Under the pieces are notes generated by a model. That model was given only the letters and a program-made list of their open reading frames with translations, made no database searches and was not told the DNA's origin. DNA of 21,494 nucleotides from Andalucia godoyi And28 (Eukaryota; Protista; Jakobida). Shown one piece after another: positions 1 to 10,722 of this stretch. The DNA lies in contig VRVR01000011.1 in NCBI GenBank assembly GCA_009859145.1, positions 377,047-398,540 of the forward strand, given 5' to 3'. The translations under genes were made by a program, and so were the position numbers. Position 1 is the stretch's first letter, and each line of letters begins with the position of its first letter.

Positions 1-148
<148 letters not shown>

Positions 149-472
149 CTCTTTTTTAAATTAATTTTTTTTCCTTTTCCTCCTTCTTCTTTCTCTCGCG
201 CCGGTAGCCGCTTTTCTGGCCCGTGCTGTTTGTACAGTCCCCTCCTCTTTGTAATCATTGTACATAGATAGCCCTAAGTGGACCGTCGCGCCTCCTTTGC
301 TTTACTTTTGTTTTTGTTTTTGTTGATACCTTCTTCCCGTTGTTTCGTTTTCGCTCTCCCGGTGGTTTCCCTTTCGTTGGTCTTTCTGGGTTCATTGATC
401 AGTGATACGCCTGGAGACCTTGTTTGCACGAATCGCGAGAAAGTGGGAATAGCATAAGAAAAAGAAGGAAGA

Positions 473-2695
473 ATGGAGCGGATGGACGCAGCGGACCAGC
501 AGCATCGTCATCCTACGCTTTCCGTGCCTGTTGCAAAGCACGCATCGCCTTTGCTTTCCGAGGATTTCTCCACTGCCTTTCTGTCTGGCGGCGACGCAGG
601 GGGATCGTTTTTGAGTGATGCAAATGGAAACAGCGGGTCTGGAAATATGGGGGGTTCAAGAATTCTTTCCATGGGTCTTGACATCAGCAAGATCCGGTCG
701 TTTTCAGCGCCACCGTCGGCAGCTCTTGGGCCGGACAGCTCGGCCACGGGAATAGCAAATGTGCTTGGTGATGCGGATGACGACGACGAGGACTTCCGGT
801 GGGATCCCAACTATGCTGCGTACTATTATAAGGAACACAATCCGCGGCTGCCAAAACCTCTTGTCAATCCTGTGTTTACGTTTTCCTCGAGTACGCTTGC
901 GGGAATGCATGCTGCAGGCGGTGCGCAGACTTCAGATCAGAATGCCGGATCAGGACTCGACTCGTACCTTGCGTCGCGGTATGCCGCACAGGTATCTGCG
1001 TCGGCCGGAACAACCGGGTCTTCTTCTCTAGGTCCCTCTGCTGATGCTGGCGGAATGGGTCCCGGCTCTTCGATTTCCGGTGTCCCATCCTCGTCTTCGT
1101 CGCTGTCTGCTGGATCTGGATTGTCAACGTCTATGCACCAGCATCAGCACCAGCAGCAGTACCAACATCACCAACATCAGCAGCAGTACCAGCAGCAGCA
1201 GCAGCATCACCCGCAGCAACAGTCCTCTGGGCCGGTTGCGGTTCCGTCTGCACATGCCCCCGTTGCACACGTGCTCGTGCAATCACACGGTTCGCTCGCA
1301 GAGAACTTATCGCGCAAGGCCTCGCTTGTGGATATGATTCAGTCGGATTTCCCTCGCACGCCATCGCCCATGGTCCCCGGGGGTGTTCAGGGTGTGGTGG
1401 TTCCTCCGCGGCAAACGTCCCCTGCAAGCAACGGACAGTTGCGGCCGACGACGTCACCTGTTCATCAGTTGCCGCAATCGCAGCAGCAGCAGCTGCCACA
1501 GACACAGGCGCATCACGCACAGGCGCAACACCAGCAGCAGCAACACATTCCTCATGTTATTACAACTGGATATCATCCGCAGCAGCATCCACAACATCAG
1601 GCCCAACTGTATCCGCCGATGCAGCAACAGTTTCCTGCCTATCCGGGTGCGCAGAGCCATCAGACAGGTGGCGCGTATCCGTATGCTCAGCCTGGTATCA
1701 TTGCATCTTCCACTGTGCAGCAACAGCAGCAGCAGCAGCAGTGGATGGTTGGACCTCGAGGTGCTTCTGTTCCTAATGCACAAGGCTATCCATATCCCCA
1801 AGGATATTCAAAGTTCCCCCAATATCAATATCCACACGGAATGCCTCCTCCGATGCCTCAGCAGAACCACCAGCAAACGCATCAGCAACCCTCGCACCGT
1901 GCATATCACCATACGCCGTATCCTTCGCATCAGCAGCCCCAGTCTCCGCAATCTCATCTCCAACAAGTGCAACATGCTCAACATTCGCAGTACGATTCGC
2001 AGAGCACCGATGCAATGAGTATGGCAACAGCGGGTCTTAATGGAATGTCGTTGAACGGCCGAGGACCATCGGCGCGAGTGGGATCGAAGTATGCAGATAT
2101 GCAACAACAACAGCATCACCAACACCACCCCCATCACCAGCAGCAGCAGATGGAGACTTTCGGATCCGGCTCTTCTGGATCGATTCCAGGGCTTGGTGCT
2201 CCGGTTCCACACATGTCTGCTGTCTACAATGGACAAGGGTATCCGCTGCAATCTTCCGATCCGCATCAGCATGCTGCCCATCCCCAACATGGTAGCCAGA
2301 TTTCTCAGCACCTTCCTGCACAGCACCTTCCTTCAGTTGGAATGCACTCACAATCAGCTGGGCAGGCTGCTGCGAGCCACTCCGCATCCGTTCCGCGCGT
2401 TCCATCGCCCGGAGACGGCAGCATGAGCAGCGGCAACAGCTCAGGAATGCAAGTTGGTGGCTCTCACGTCCGCGCGGATTCCAACAGCCAACACCACCAT
2501 GGCGGTGCTGCCCTCGGAAATGGAAGCGGAAACAGTCATTCGCATGGACATCACGGCCACTCGAATGGACACAGCCATAGCTCCAGCCACAGTCATAGTA
2601 ATAGTCAAGGCCAAGGCCAAGGTCACGGCCACGGCCACAATCACGGTCATGGTCATGGTCATGGTCATGGAAGCGGCAACAACAGCCACAGCAAT

Positions 2696-2730
<35 letters not shown>

Positions 2731-3874
2731 TGGTACTGGAAATGGATCAAGCGGAGGAAACAATAATTCTGCCAACAGTGCCGGAAACAGTGCTTCCCGT
2801 TCTTCCGTGCTGGAAGATTTCCGACATGCCCGCAAGCGCAACTATGAACTTTCCGACATTGTTGGGCATGTTGTTGAGTTTTCTCGGGACCAGCACGGTT
2901 CCCGATTTATTCAGCAAAAACTGGAAACTGCGACCCCCGCTGAGAAAGAGAAGGTGTTCAAGGAAATTTTGCCGTCTGCACGCATCTTAATGACGGATGT
3001 TTTTGGAAATTACGTCATTCAGAAGCTTCTCGAGTATGGGTTGCCGGAACATCGCCATTCGCTCTTCGAGACGCTTCGCGGACACATTTTGGAGCTAACG
3101 CTTCAGATGTACGGCTGCCGAGTTGTGCAGAAGGCCCTGGAGTGCGTTGACGAACCAGGTCACCAGTCGATTCTTGCCGAGCTGCGAGGACCGGGGGTCA
3201 TTGCGCGATGTGTCAAGGACCAGAATGGCAACCATGTCATTCAGAAATGCATTGAGCGCGTCAATCACCCGCTGACACAGTGCATAGTGGATTCCTTCCA
3301 TGGACATGTGGTTGCTTTTTCTCGCCACGCATATGGCTGCCGAGTCGTGCAGCGCATCTTGGAGCACGGAAGCCCACAACAACGGGCTGGCTTGTTGAGT
3401 GAGGTGATACCCGCTGCAATGCATTTAGCTCAGGACCAGTACGGCAATTACGTCGTTCAGCATGTTTTGGAACATGGCTCTCAAGAAGAGCGATCCGCGA
3501 TCGTTGTTCGCATCGTGCTTCCAGAATGCTTCTTGGGTTGTGCGACACACAAATTTGCCTCCAATGTGGTAGAAAAATGTTATGCACACGGTTCTCCAAG
3601 CGATCGCAGCCATATGCTGGATGTTATTCTCGAGCACCGCCGTGTTCAACTCTCCGACGATGCTCCGCAGAACACAATCATGGCCAGCGGAATTTTGTTT
3701 GCCATGATGAAGGATCAGTTTGCCAACTATGTTGTGCAGAAGATGCTGGATGCCAGCACGGATCATGAACAAGGCCGCCTTGTAGATGCCATGCGTCCCT
3801 TGCTGACTACTCTACGCAAATTCCCTTACGCCAAGCACATTATTTCGCGTTTGGAAAAACTGGGTAAGATCTAG
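473..3874 (+). CDS. PUM: Pumilio-family (PUF) RNA-binding protein, 1133 aa; long Q/H/S/N-rich disordered N-terminus and C-terminal PUM-HD (about 2801-3871)
   Basis: Eight PUF repeats with canonical recognition motifs SRFIQ, NYVIQ, CRVVQ, NHVIQ, CRVVQ, NYVVQ, SNVVE, NYVVQ; also [13 protein letters not shown] and [10 protein letters not shown]. Single uninterrupted ORF, TAG stop. Confidence 0.96.
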
Positions 3875-4412
3875 TCGCTGTCGATGACCTAACTCCTCGT
3901 GGGTTCTCTGCTCTCTTCGCTGGTGGCTTTTCTATTTTTGTATCCTTTTCCTTTTGTGTCTTATGTTTCGTGTTTTTTCTTTTTCTGTATGTTTTCGGAT
4001 TCTGTTCTCTCTGCGTTCCCCGTTTGTTTTATACCATTATGTACCGTTCAGTTACAGATTCTTCTTTTTTTATGTGTGTCATTCTGCAATTCAAAAAACC
4101 CGCAAAAAAAACATAGCAAGTAAATAAATAATGAAAATCATCTTAGGTGAATTACCTTTGTGTGGAGCCAAAATTTGGACGTACAGTATGCTACCCGTAT
4201 CCCATATTCCTGCTTTTTGTCGGTTGTTACTGGCGTGCTTTGCGTCGTCACGCATCATTTTCGCTTTTCCCACCACACAGCGCATCACATCAGACAACCC
4301 TCGTTGGCGCCGAGACCACTAGAGAGAGAGAGAGGGTTGGCCGGCATGTCGTTTTTCGTCATTTTTTAATTTTATTTCTGTTCGTTCAAACAAATCGATC
4401 ACGCACAACACT

Positions 4413-4436
4413 CACACACACACACACACACACACA
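4413..4436. repeat. (CA)12 microsatellite in the PUF/UGPase convergent intergenic region
   Basis: Direct reading of the sequence. Confidence 0.9.
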
Positions 4437-4493
4437 CCCTCTTACGAAACAGACGCAAGATACAGGAGACAAACAGGATGAAAGGAAAACGCC

Positions 4494-4508
4494 GGGGGGG
4501 GGGGGGGG
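4494..4508. repeat. G15 homopolymer (poly-C on the UGPase sense strand, just 3' of its stop)
   Basis: Fifteen consecutive G at 4494-4508, followed by AGGGGAGG. Confidence 0.9.
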
Positions 4509-4544
4509 AGGGGAGGAACCGAAGGGAATCCAACCTTCTCTCCC

Positions 4545-6062
4545 TCAGTGTTCGAGAATACGCAGCGTTCCAGTGACGATCTTGTTGTCGAGAATGGCAC
4601 CGTCCGGAATATCGAGATGCTCGCCATCGTTGGCAATGATGATGACAGTCCCTCGCAAGACCACATTCTTTCCAAAAATGACGTCTCCCGACACAGTGAG
4701 CGACTCGAGTTCGATCATGTCCGGGATGCTCTTGAATCGCGACAGATACTGGTCGACCTTTCTAAAGTAGTGACCAAGACGGATCAGCGGCACAGTCGGG
4801 GCACCCATTTTCGAGATGCGTTCAGGGTTAAGAACCAGCGATCCCTTTTCGATCCTATACAAGTTACTCTGTACCACAAGCAAATCTGCAGTCGACTTGA
4901 CTGGCAAGAACCGCGAGCGGGGGACGGAGATTCCAATTGATTTCGTGCCGAACGACCGAATAGCAGCGCCGGATGCTTGCTCGAGCTGAATCACCGCAGT
5001 GCCGTTCGCAAGTGCCTTGGGGTTCACGATGATGTCCATTTCGAGCGAGCCGGACTTGATTGCCTCGCCCATCGCCTGCAATGAAATCCACAAGTTGTTC
5101 GTGTTGAACACTCTAAACTTTGTAATGGACTTGAACTCGTCCACGTACTGCGACGGCACCTGCGCGATTTCCAGGAGCCTGATAGACCCGTCAGTCTTGG
5201 ACGTGACAAGGGTGCCTCCCTTCACATCGGCTCTCGTCTTTGGCGTGACTTCCATGCAAAATGATGCGCCAGTTTTCACAATGTGCGACATGATGCGAGC
5301 ATCCACGGTAGCGCCCAAGTTGTCCGAGTTCGAGATGAAGAGATGCGTCTTTCCAGCATGCAAAAGTTCCTTGAAAAGATCCGAATTATAAAACGAGTCG
5401 TAGACATCGCCATGACCAGGGGGATACCACTTGTCCTTTTCGTCTTCCTGCTCCTTGCCCGCAGGAACCGACGTGTACCATCGAAGCGAGGCAGGCTGCA
5501 GCGTGTCCTTCATGATTCTCGGGACGGCCTTTTGTTCAAACGTGCGGATATCCACGCGTCCCGAGTACCGATTCACGATCTTGAGCGTTGCCTCGTGTGT
5601 GGAGAACGAGTCCATCAGCACGAGCGGGATTGACACACCGTACTGCTGGTTCAGCGACTCGATTTGGCGCACGATGAGGTCCAAAAACGTCATGTTTCTC
5701 GCCACCTCAATCGTCGACTTTGGACCTGAGCAGCCCATCGTGGTCCCAAGGCCTCCGTTCAGTTTCAGCACCACAAGACGTGACAAGAGAGCCTCGGTTT
5801 CCTGACGAGACGGTGCATTTTCAAGAACTTCATAGTCCATAAGACGCGGATCCTGGCCAGGTACAAGCGGATCAATCGAGTCCCATTCGATGGTATCGTT
5901 TTTCTGCGAAATAAACTTCTCAAACAGCTTCTGGTAGCTCTGCAGGTCCTTTTCCGCCTTTTTCCGCTCTGAAGCAGGCACAGTCTCCAGCAATTCCTCG
6001 CACAGATGCTCGAAAATGCCCATTGGAGTCCGTGTGTACGACGAAAGATCAACTTCCGACAT
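4545..6062 (-). CDS. UGP: UTP--glucose-1-phosphate uridylyltransferase (UDP-glucose pyrophosphorylase), about 505 aa. Probable start ATG 6062 (MSEVDL), alternative ATG 6086; the ORF-track extension to 6239 looks non-coding
   Basis: Signature motifs LKLNGGLGTTMGCSGPKS, WYPPGHGD, SNSDNLGA, KTRADVKGG, FNTNNLW, VPRSRFLPVK, and a C-terminal beta-helix region (LTVSGDVIFGKNVVLRGTVII). Confidence 0.96.
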   Translation of the reverse strand: MSEVDLSSYTRTPMGIFEHLCEELLETVPASERKKAEKDLQSYQKLFEKFISQKNDTIEWDSIDPLVPGQDPRLMDYEVLENAPSRQETEALLSRLVVLKLNGGLGTTMGCSGPKSTIEVARNMTFLDLIVRQIESLNQQYGVSIPLVLMDSFSTHEATLKIVNRYSGRVDIRTFEQKAVPRIMKDTLQPASLRWYTSVPAGKEQEDEKDKWYPPGHGDVYDSFYNSDLFKELLHAGKTHLFISNSDNLGATVDARIMSHIVKTGASFCMEVTPKTRADVKGGTLVTSKTDGSIRLLEIAQVPSQYVDEFKSITKFRVFNTNNLWISLQAMGEAIKSGSLEMDIIVNPKALANGTAVIQLEQASGAAIRSFGTKSIGISVPRSRFLPVKSTADLLVVQSNLYRIEKGSLVLNPERISKMGAPTVPLIRLGHYFRKVDQYLSRFKSIPDMIELESLTVSGDVIFGKNVVLRGTVIIIANDGEHLDIPDGAILDNKIVTGTLRILEH

Positions 6063-6475
6063 GGCTCGGATAGGCGCGCGCTCCATTCTCAGCAGTCGTA
6101 GGCAGTCAGAGGACAACGGACGATGAAGACAATCTACACTGCGTATGCACTTCCAAAAAATAGAAATAAAGAACAATAAAGAAGAAGAAGAGTTATCATA
6201 AGAAACATAATAACTGCAAAAATCACAAAGGACTTGCACGACGGACGAGGGACTTGAACAGGCAAAAACTTGAAGCTAGCTACGGTCGTTAGGCGCGCCG
6301 CTGTCCCGTCTTGCACGTTTCCCAACGATTCATTGATCAAAAATATTTTTATAACAATAAAAATGATGGCCAGCAAGACGAGAGCTTTCTTCTGAACGCA
6401 ACAAGATGCACTGAGCACAGTGTTTTTCTTCTTAACCATTGCATGTACTTGGATAGATAATTTGGATATTTTTGG

Positions 6476-6480
<5 letters not shown>

Positions 6481-6556
<76 letters not shown>
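6481..6556. repeat. (GA)38 microsatellite in the divergent UGPase/PKD2 promoter region
   Basis: Direct reading of the sequence. Confidence 0.97.
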
Positions 6557-6562
<6 letters not shown>

Positions 6563-6642
6563 AGAATAGTTTCGTTGTTTTTACAATCAATATTGGTATT
6601 GGTGTTGCTTATTTATAGTTGAACATACATCATAATAGCAGC

Positions 6643-8844
6643 ATGGCTGCGTCGAGTAGTGGGAATGCTGGGCTAGGAGGAGTGCCATCGACTCCGCTTT
6701 CGCTGTCTTCCGTACCGCTTTTAGCACCTGCACCGCAGCGGATGTCTTCACCGAGTTTTGTGAAGCCGCGGAATTCCTCCTCATCAAGCAGTGGTAGTAG
6801 CAGTAATGGTGGTGGATATGGGCTGTTGCATCGACGAAACATTCGGCCGAGTTTAGTTTCGTTTATTGTATCGTTTGAAAAGAAGGCACTGAGGCAGAAG
6901 GCGACGAAGAATCTGCTTATTTATATTCCTTTTCTGGTTCTGGTGTTTTTCTACGTGTTGGGCTCGCGATCTTTCGAGCAGGCGTTTTTCGCGCGCGATA
7001 ATCTTGAAGAAGTGATCATTCGTGAGCCGTGGTTCAATCTTCCTGCGCAGAATGTCTGGGATACGTTTGCAGACATTTCGAGCTTTGAGGACTGGTTCGA
7101 CTGGGCGACGCAGCCGCTTGTTACGGAGTTGTGGCCGGTTTCGTCGGTCCGGTACAACGTTCCGATTGGCGCAGTGCGATTGCGCCAGTTTCGGGTGTCC
7201 ACTTCGGACTGCAGTATCATCCCCGAGTACAATCCAAGCGCAAGTAACCCTTACTTTGATCCTGACTGCTATCCCGAGGCATCCGATGCAACTCTCATGA
7301 AGGGCGGCGGACGCATTTCGGGTTACCAGGACTGCGCCGAGGCTCCTGCAACGCCGATTTGGGGTCAGTCGAATATTGTGTATCCTTGTGGAGGCTACAT
7401 CGTGGACATTTCGCTGCCCAATACGACGTACGCGGACGCACTGGCTGTGTTTCAGCAGCTGAAGCAGGGACTTTGGCTGGACCAGCACACTGCCGGCGTC
7501 GTCGTGGAGTTCTTCACATACAACCCAAACGTTGATGTGTTCATCTCCAACAAGTATTTTGTCGAGTATCACTTCACCGGTGCTGTGATTCCGCAGGCGA
7601 TTTTTAGACCGTTCAAGCTGAAGTTGGCGTGGTTCGTTTCGCCGTGGGAGACCACTGTGCTCATGCTTCAGATCGTCTTTGTGCTGTACACATTCTACTA
7701 CCTCGTCGACTGGGTTCTGCGACTCGTGCATGCGATGCGTTTTGCACGGTCCAAGCTGGAATTCTTTACGTTTTGGAACATTTATGACTCTCTGTTCTTT
7801 CTCTTTTTCCTCAGTTCGTTTATCTCTCGCGCGGTCGTCATCGGGCGTATATACGCCTCATCGTTCAACATCAATGGAAGCTCTTATCCAGATCTCGACG
7901 AGATTGTCAACAATTACGTCATCAATGCGCAACTTGATGGACTGCTTGCGGTGCTGTGCTTTCTGCGAACGTTTCAGTTTTTGCGACTCAATGATCGTCT
8001 GAATCTGCTGGGTAGGACGCTTTCCGAAGCTGTGGGAGATCTCGTAGGATTCCTAGTCATGTTTGTGATTGTGTTTTTGGGGTTTGCATCGATGGCATTC
8101 ATCGTCTATGGCCCCGAGTTGGACGAATACCGAACGTATGCGCGGTCCATCTCCGCCTGCTTCTTCATTCTGCTCGGCGACTCGGACTACGAGTCACTGC
8201 TTCATGTGCATCGCATCCTCACTCCATTCTTTTACTTTGGTTTTATGCTACTCGTTTTCTTTGTGCTCTTCAACGTGTTTCTTGCCATCGTCAATGATTC
8301 GTACCAGAAAGCGACGGAGTCGTCCTCGTCACAATCCGTGGGAACCCAACTTCTCAAGGCATTCCGACGATGGAAGGAAAGTGTTTTAGCGTGGTGGCAT
8401 CGAAAACGTCGTGGTTCTTCTTCTTCCGATGGCGATTCCGGTATGTTTCATTCAGCAGTTCGTCCGTTTCCCAAAGGACGGCTCTCGAAGGTTGATCTTG
8501 CGCTTCGATTGCGGACGTATTTTTTACCCCATTATGACGCATCCATAGGCGACCAGAGGGTTCTACATGAAGGACCGCCTATTTTTCGATCCGAGCTTGC
8601 TCTGCGCGTGAAATTCGCTTTGTCGGGAGACGCAACGCAGCAGCAACTCGAGGAGATTCTTCGATTGTTCGACGAGTATGACGCGACGTATTCATCCTCG
8701 GAGCAGGATGCTTTGGCACAGACTCCGCAGTCGCCGCAAGACTCCTCCCCTTTGCTGACATCCGAGTCAAAACGCGTTTCAGACCTCTTGGGTCAGATTG
8801 AAGAGCGGCTTTCCTTTCTCCAATCCAAGATCAAGACTTCATAA
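6643..8844 (+). CDS. PKD2: Polycystin-2-like (PKD2/TRPP-type) cation channel, about 733 aa from the first ATG (6643)
   Basis: TM1 followed by a TOP/polycystin domain (GAVRLRQFRV, YPCGGY, WLDQHTAGVVVEFFTYNPN), further hydrophobic helices, pore motif ILLGD (8167-8181) and an S6-like segment FVLFNVFLAIVNDSY. C-terminal coiled-coil-like tail. Confidence 0.88.
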   Translation: MAASSSGNAGLGGVPSTPLSLSSVPLLAPAPQRMSSPSFVKPRNSSSSSSGSSSNGGGYGLLHRRNIRPSLVSFIVSFEKKALRQKATKNLLIYIPFLVLVFFYVLGSRSFEQAFFARDNLEEVIIREPWFNLPAQNVWDTFADISSFEDWFDWATQPLVTELWPVSSVRYNVPIGAVRLRQFRVSTSDCSIIPEYNPSASNPYFDPDCYPEASDATLMKGGGRISGYQDCAEAPATPIWGQSNIVYPCGGYIVDISLPNTTYADALAVFQQLKQGLWLDQHTAGVVVEFFTYNPNVDVFISNKYFVEYHFTGAVIPQAIFRPFKLKLAWFVSPWETTVLMLQIVFVLYTFYYLVDWVLRLVHAMRFARSKLEFFTFWNIYDSLFFLFFLSSFISRAVVIGRIYASSFNINGSSYPDLDEIVNNYVINAQLDGLLAVLCFLRTFQFLRLNDRLNLLGRTLSEAVGDLVGFLVMFVIVFLGFASMAFIVYGPELDEYRTYARSISACFFILLGDSDYESLLHVHRILTPFFYFGFMLLVFFVLFNVFLAIVNDSYQKATESSSSQSVGTQLLKAFRRWKESVLAWWHRKRRGSSSSDGDSGMFHSAVRPFPKGRLSKVDLALRLRTYFLPHYDASIGDQRVLHEGPPIFRSELALRVKFALSGDATQQQLEEILRLFDEYDATYSSSEQDALAQTPQSPQDSSPLLTSESKRVSDLLGQIEERLSFLQSKIKTS

Positions 8845-8979
8845 TTTTAAAAAGAAATCAAAAAAAGAAATTAATAAATAAATAGTAAAGTACAAGAAAA
8901 ACACACACTTCAAACCCACACGCGCCTACATTATACACTGAACATGCTGCATATCTACGAATAGACAATGCATATTCAA

Positions 8980-9263
8980 TCTTGGATCCCGTTGCCGGGA
9001 AGCGGATAGGCCCCAACACGCCACACGGCGTTCTTCAGATAAATGCTCCGCGCTCCGTTCCCAATCTCGATCAATCGGTGAGCCACTTTCTCAGCGTGAC
9101 ACGTTGTTCCTGAGAAGGGTGCATTTTTTGATTCTGACGGCCCTAGCAGCAGGCGTAGTGACACGTGGTCTCTTAGGAGGTCTGCGGGACCTAGGAGGCC
9201 CCGTATCGAGCGGCGTAGGCGTAGGCGCAGGCGAATGCGTCATCCCAGCGCGCCCACGCCCAT
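8980..9263 (-). ncRNA. Candidate structured non-coding RNA of about 280-290 nt, possibly SRP (7SL) RNA
   Basis: GC-rich island between AT-rich flanks. Shows a 13-bp 5' helix with G-U wobbles, nested long-range helices, two GNRA tetraloops, and an SRP helix-8-like motif GAGAUUG-GGAA-CGGAGCG (9068-9051). Folded by hand only. Confidence 0.45.
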
Positions 9264-9550
9264 ATTTGAATAAAACGTGAAACCGGCGAATGATAGAATA
9301 GATGGCTATGGATGTTGCGTTAAAGAGTGTCGAAAATGCGGAGCGTGTGTCACCGGCTAGTGTGGGCCAGCATTGAAGGTGTCTGTTTATTCATACTTCC
9401 GTATGCATGGCAACGACGTGTTATTATTCAACGGCAAGCAAATTCCATCAAGGACACGACAGAAGAGGAGAAAAGTTTGTTTTGTTTACAAGGTACTCTG
9501 AACTGACTCAATAACATAATTTGAAGTGGACATCATAATATAAAGTAGGA

Positions 9551-9577
9551 GAAGAAGAAGAAGAAGAAGAAGAAGAA
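9551..9577. repeat. (GAA)9 in the ARF 3' region
   Basis: Direct reading of the sequence. Confidence 0.9.
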
Positions 9578-9651
9578 AAAGAAAGAGAAAAAGAAGGAGA
9601 AGAACAGGGTGGCAACGACCACGAAGAAGAAAAAAACAACGAATCCGCGAC

Positions 9652-10317
<666 letters not shown>

Positions 10318-10722
10318 TTCTTAGTTCTCTGAAAAGCGGACTGTATGAAAAGAGAGCGAGGAAGAATCAAAACAAGTCGAAAAGAAAGGAGAAACCAGCA
10401 GGCGGAAGTATAAAAGACAAGGACAAGGACAAAAGACGCGAGAGAAGAAGGAGAAAGGAATATATATTGGGTTTTTGTTATTCGGTCCTTTTTTTCGAGT
10501 TGAGAGTTTTGACAGACAGAACTGGTGGGACTCTCCCCACAACAGGAGCTCATAGTTTGCCGATCTAAATGTCAGTCCCCGACAGTCCTGACATTGTGCC
10601 CTCAATTGATTCTATTCCCCACGCGCCGTTATTGCATTTGTCTTTTGTTTCGAAATGTCTTTTCTCATTTCTTTGTGTTTCTACGTTTCGTTGGCAGATT
10701 TGGGAGTTGATTTCGTTTGATT

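Noticed and set aside
1131-2750. Long antisense and alternate-frame ORFs over the PUF low-complexity region (e.g. 237 aa at 2037-2750)
   Set aside because: They are shadows of CAG/CAT/AAC-repeat coding sequence, with poly-C/poly-L products and no domain signal.
6063-6239. N-terminal extension of the UGPase ORF
   Set aside because: It starts at a non-ATG codon in AT-rich, T-run sequence. UGPase-like sequence begins near ATG 6086/6062.
6623-6628. Minus-strand GTATGT that could be the donor of a UGPase leader intron
   Set aside because: It would require a transcript overlapping the PKD2 start, and I found no phase-compatible acceptor that improves the protein.
8441-8446. GTATGT inside the PKD2 C-terminal coding region
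   Set aside because: The reading frame is open through it and there is no need to invoke an intron.
9174-9200. GGAGGTCTG resembling RNase P CR-I on the plus strand, and TTCTCAGCG (9088-9096) resembling the RNase MRP 3' end
   Set aside because: No matching CR-V/P4 partner in the right order. U1, U2, U4, U5, U6, U3 signatures and a telomerase template (CCCUAA) were also not found.
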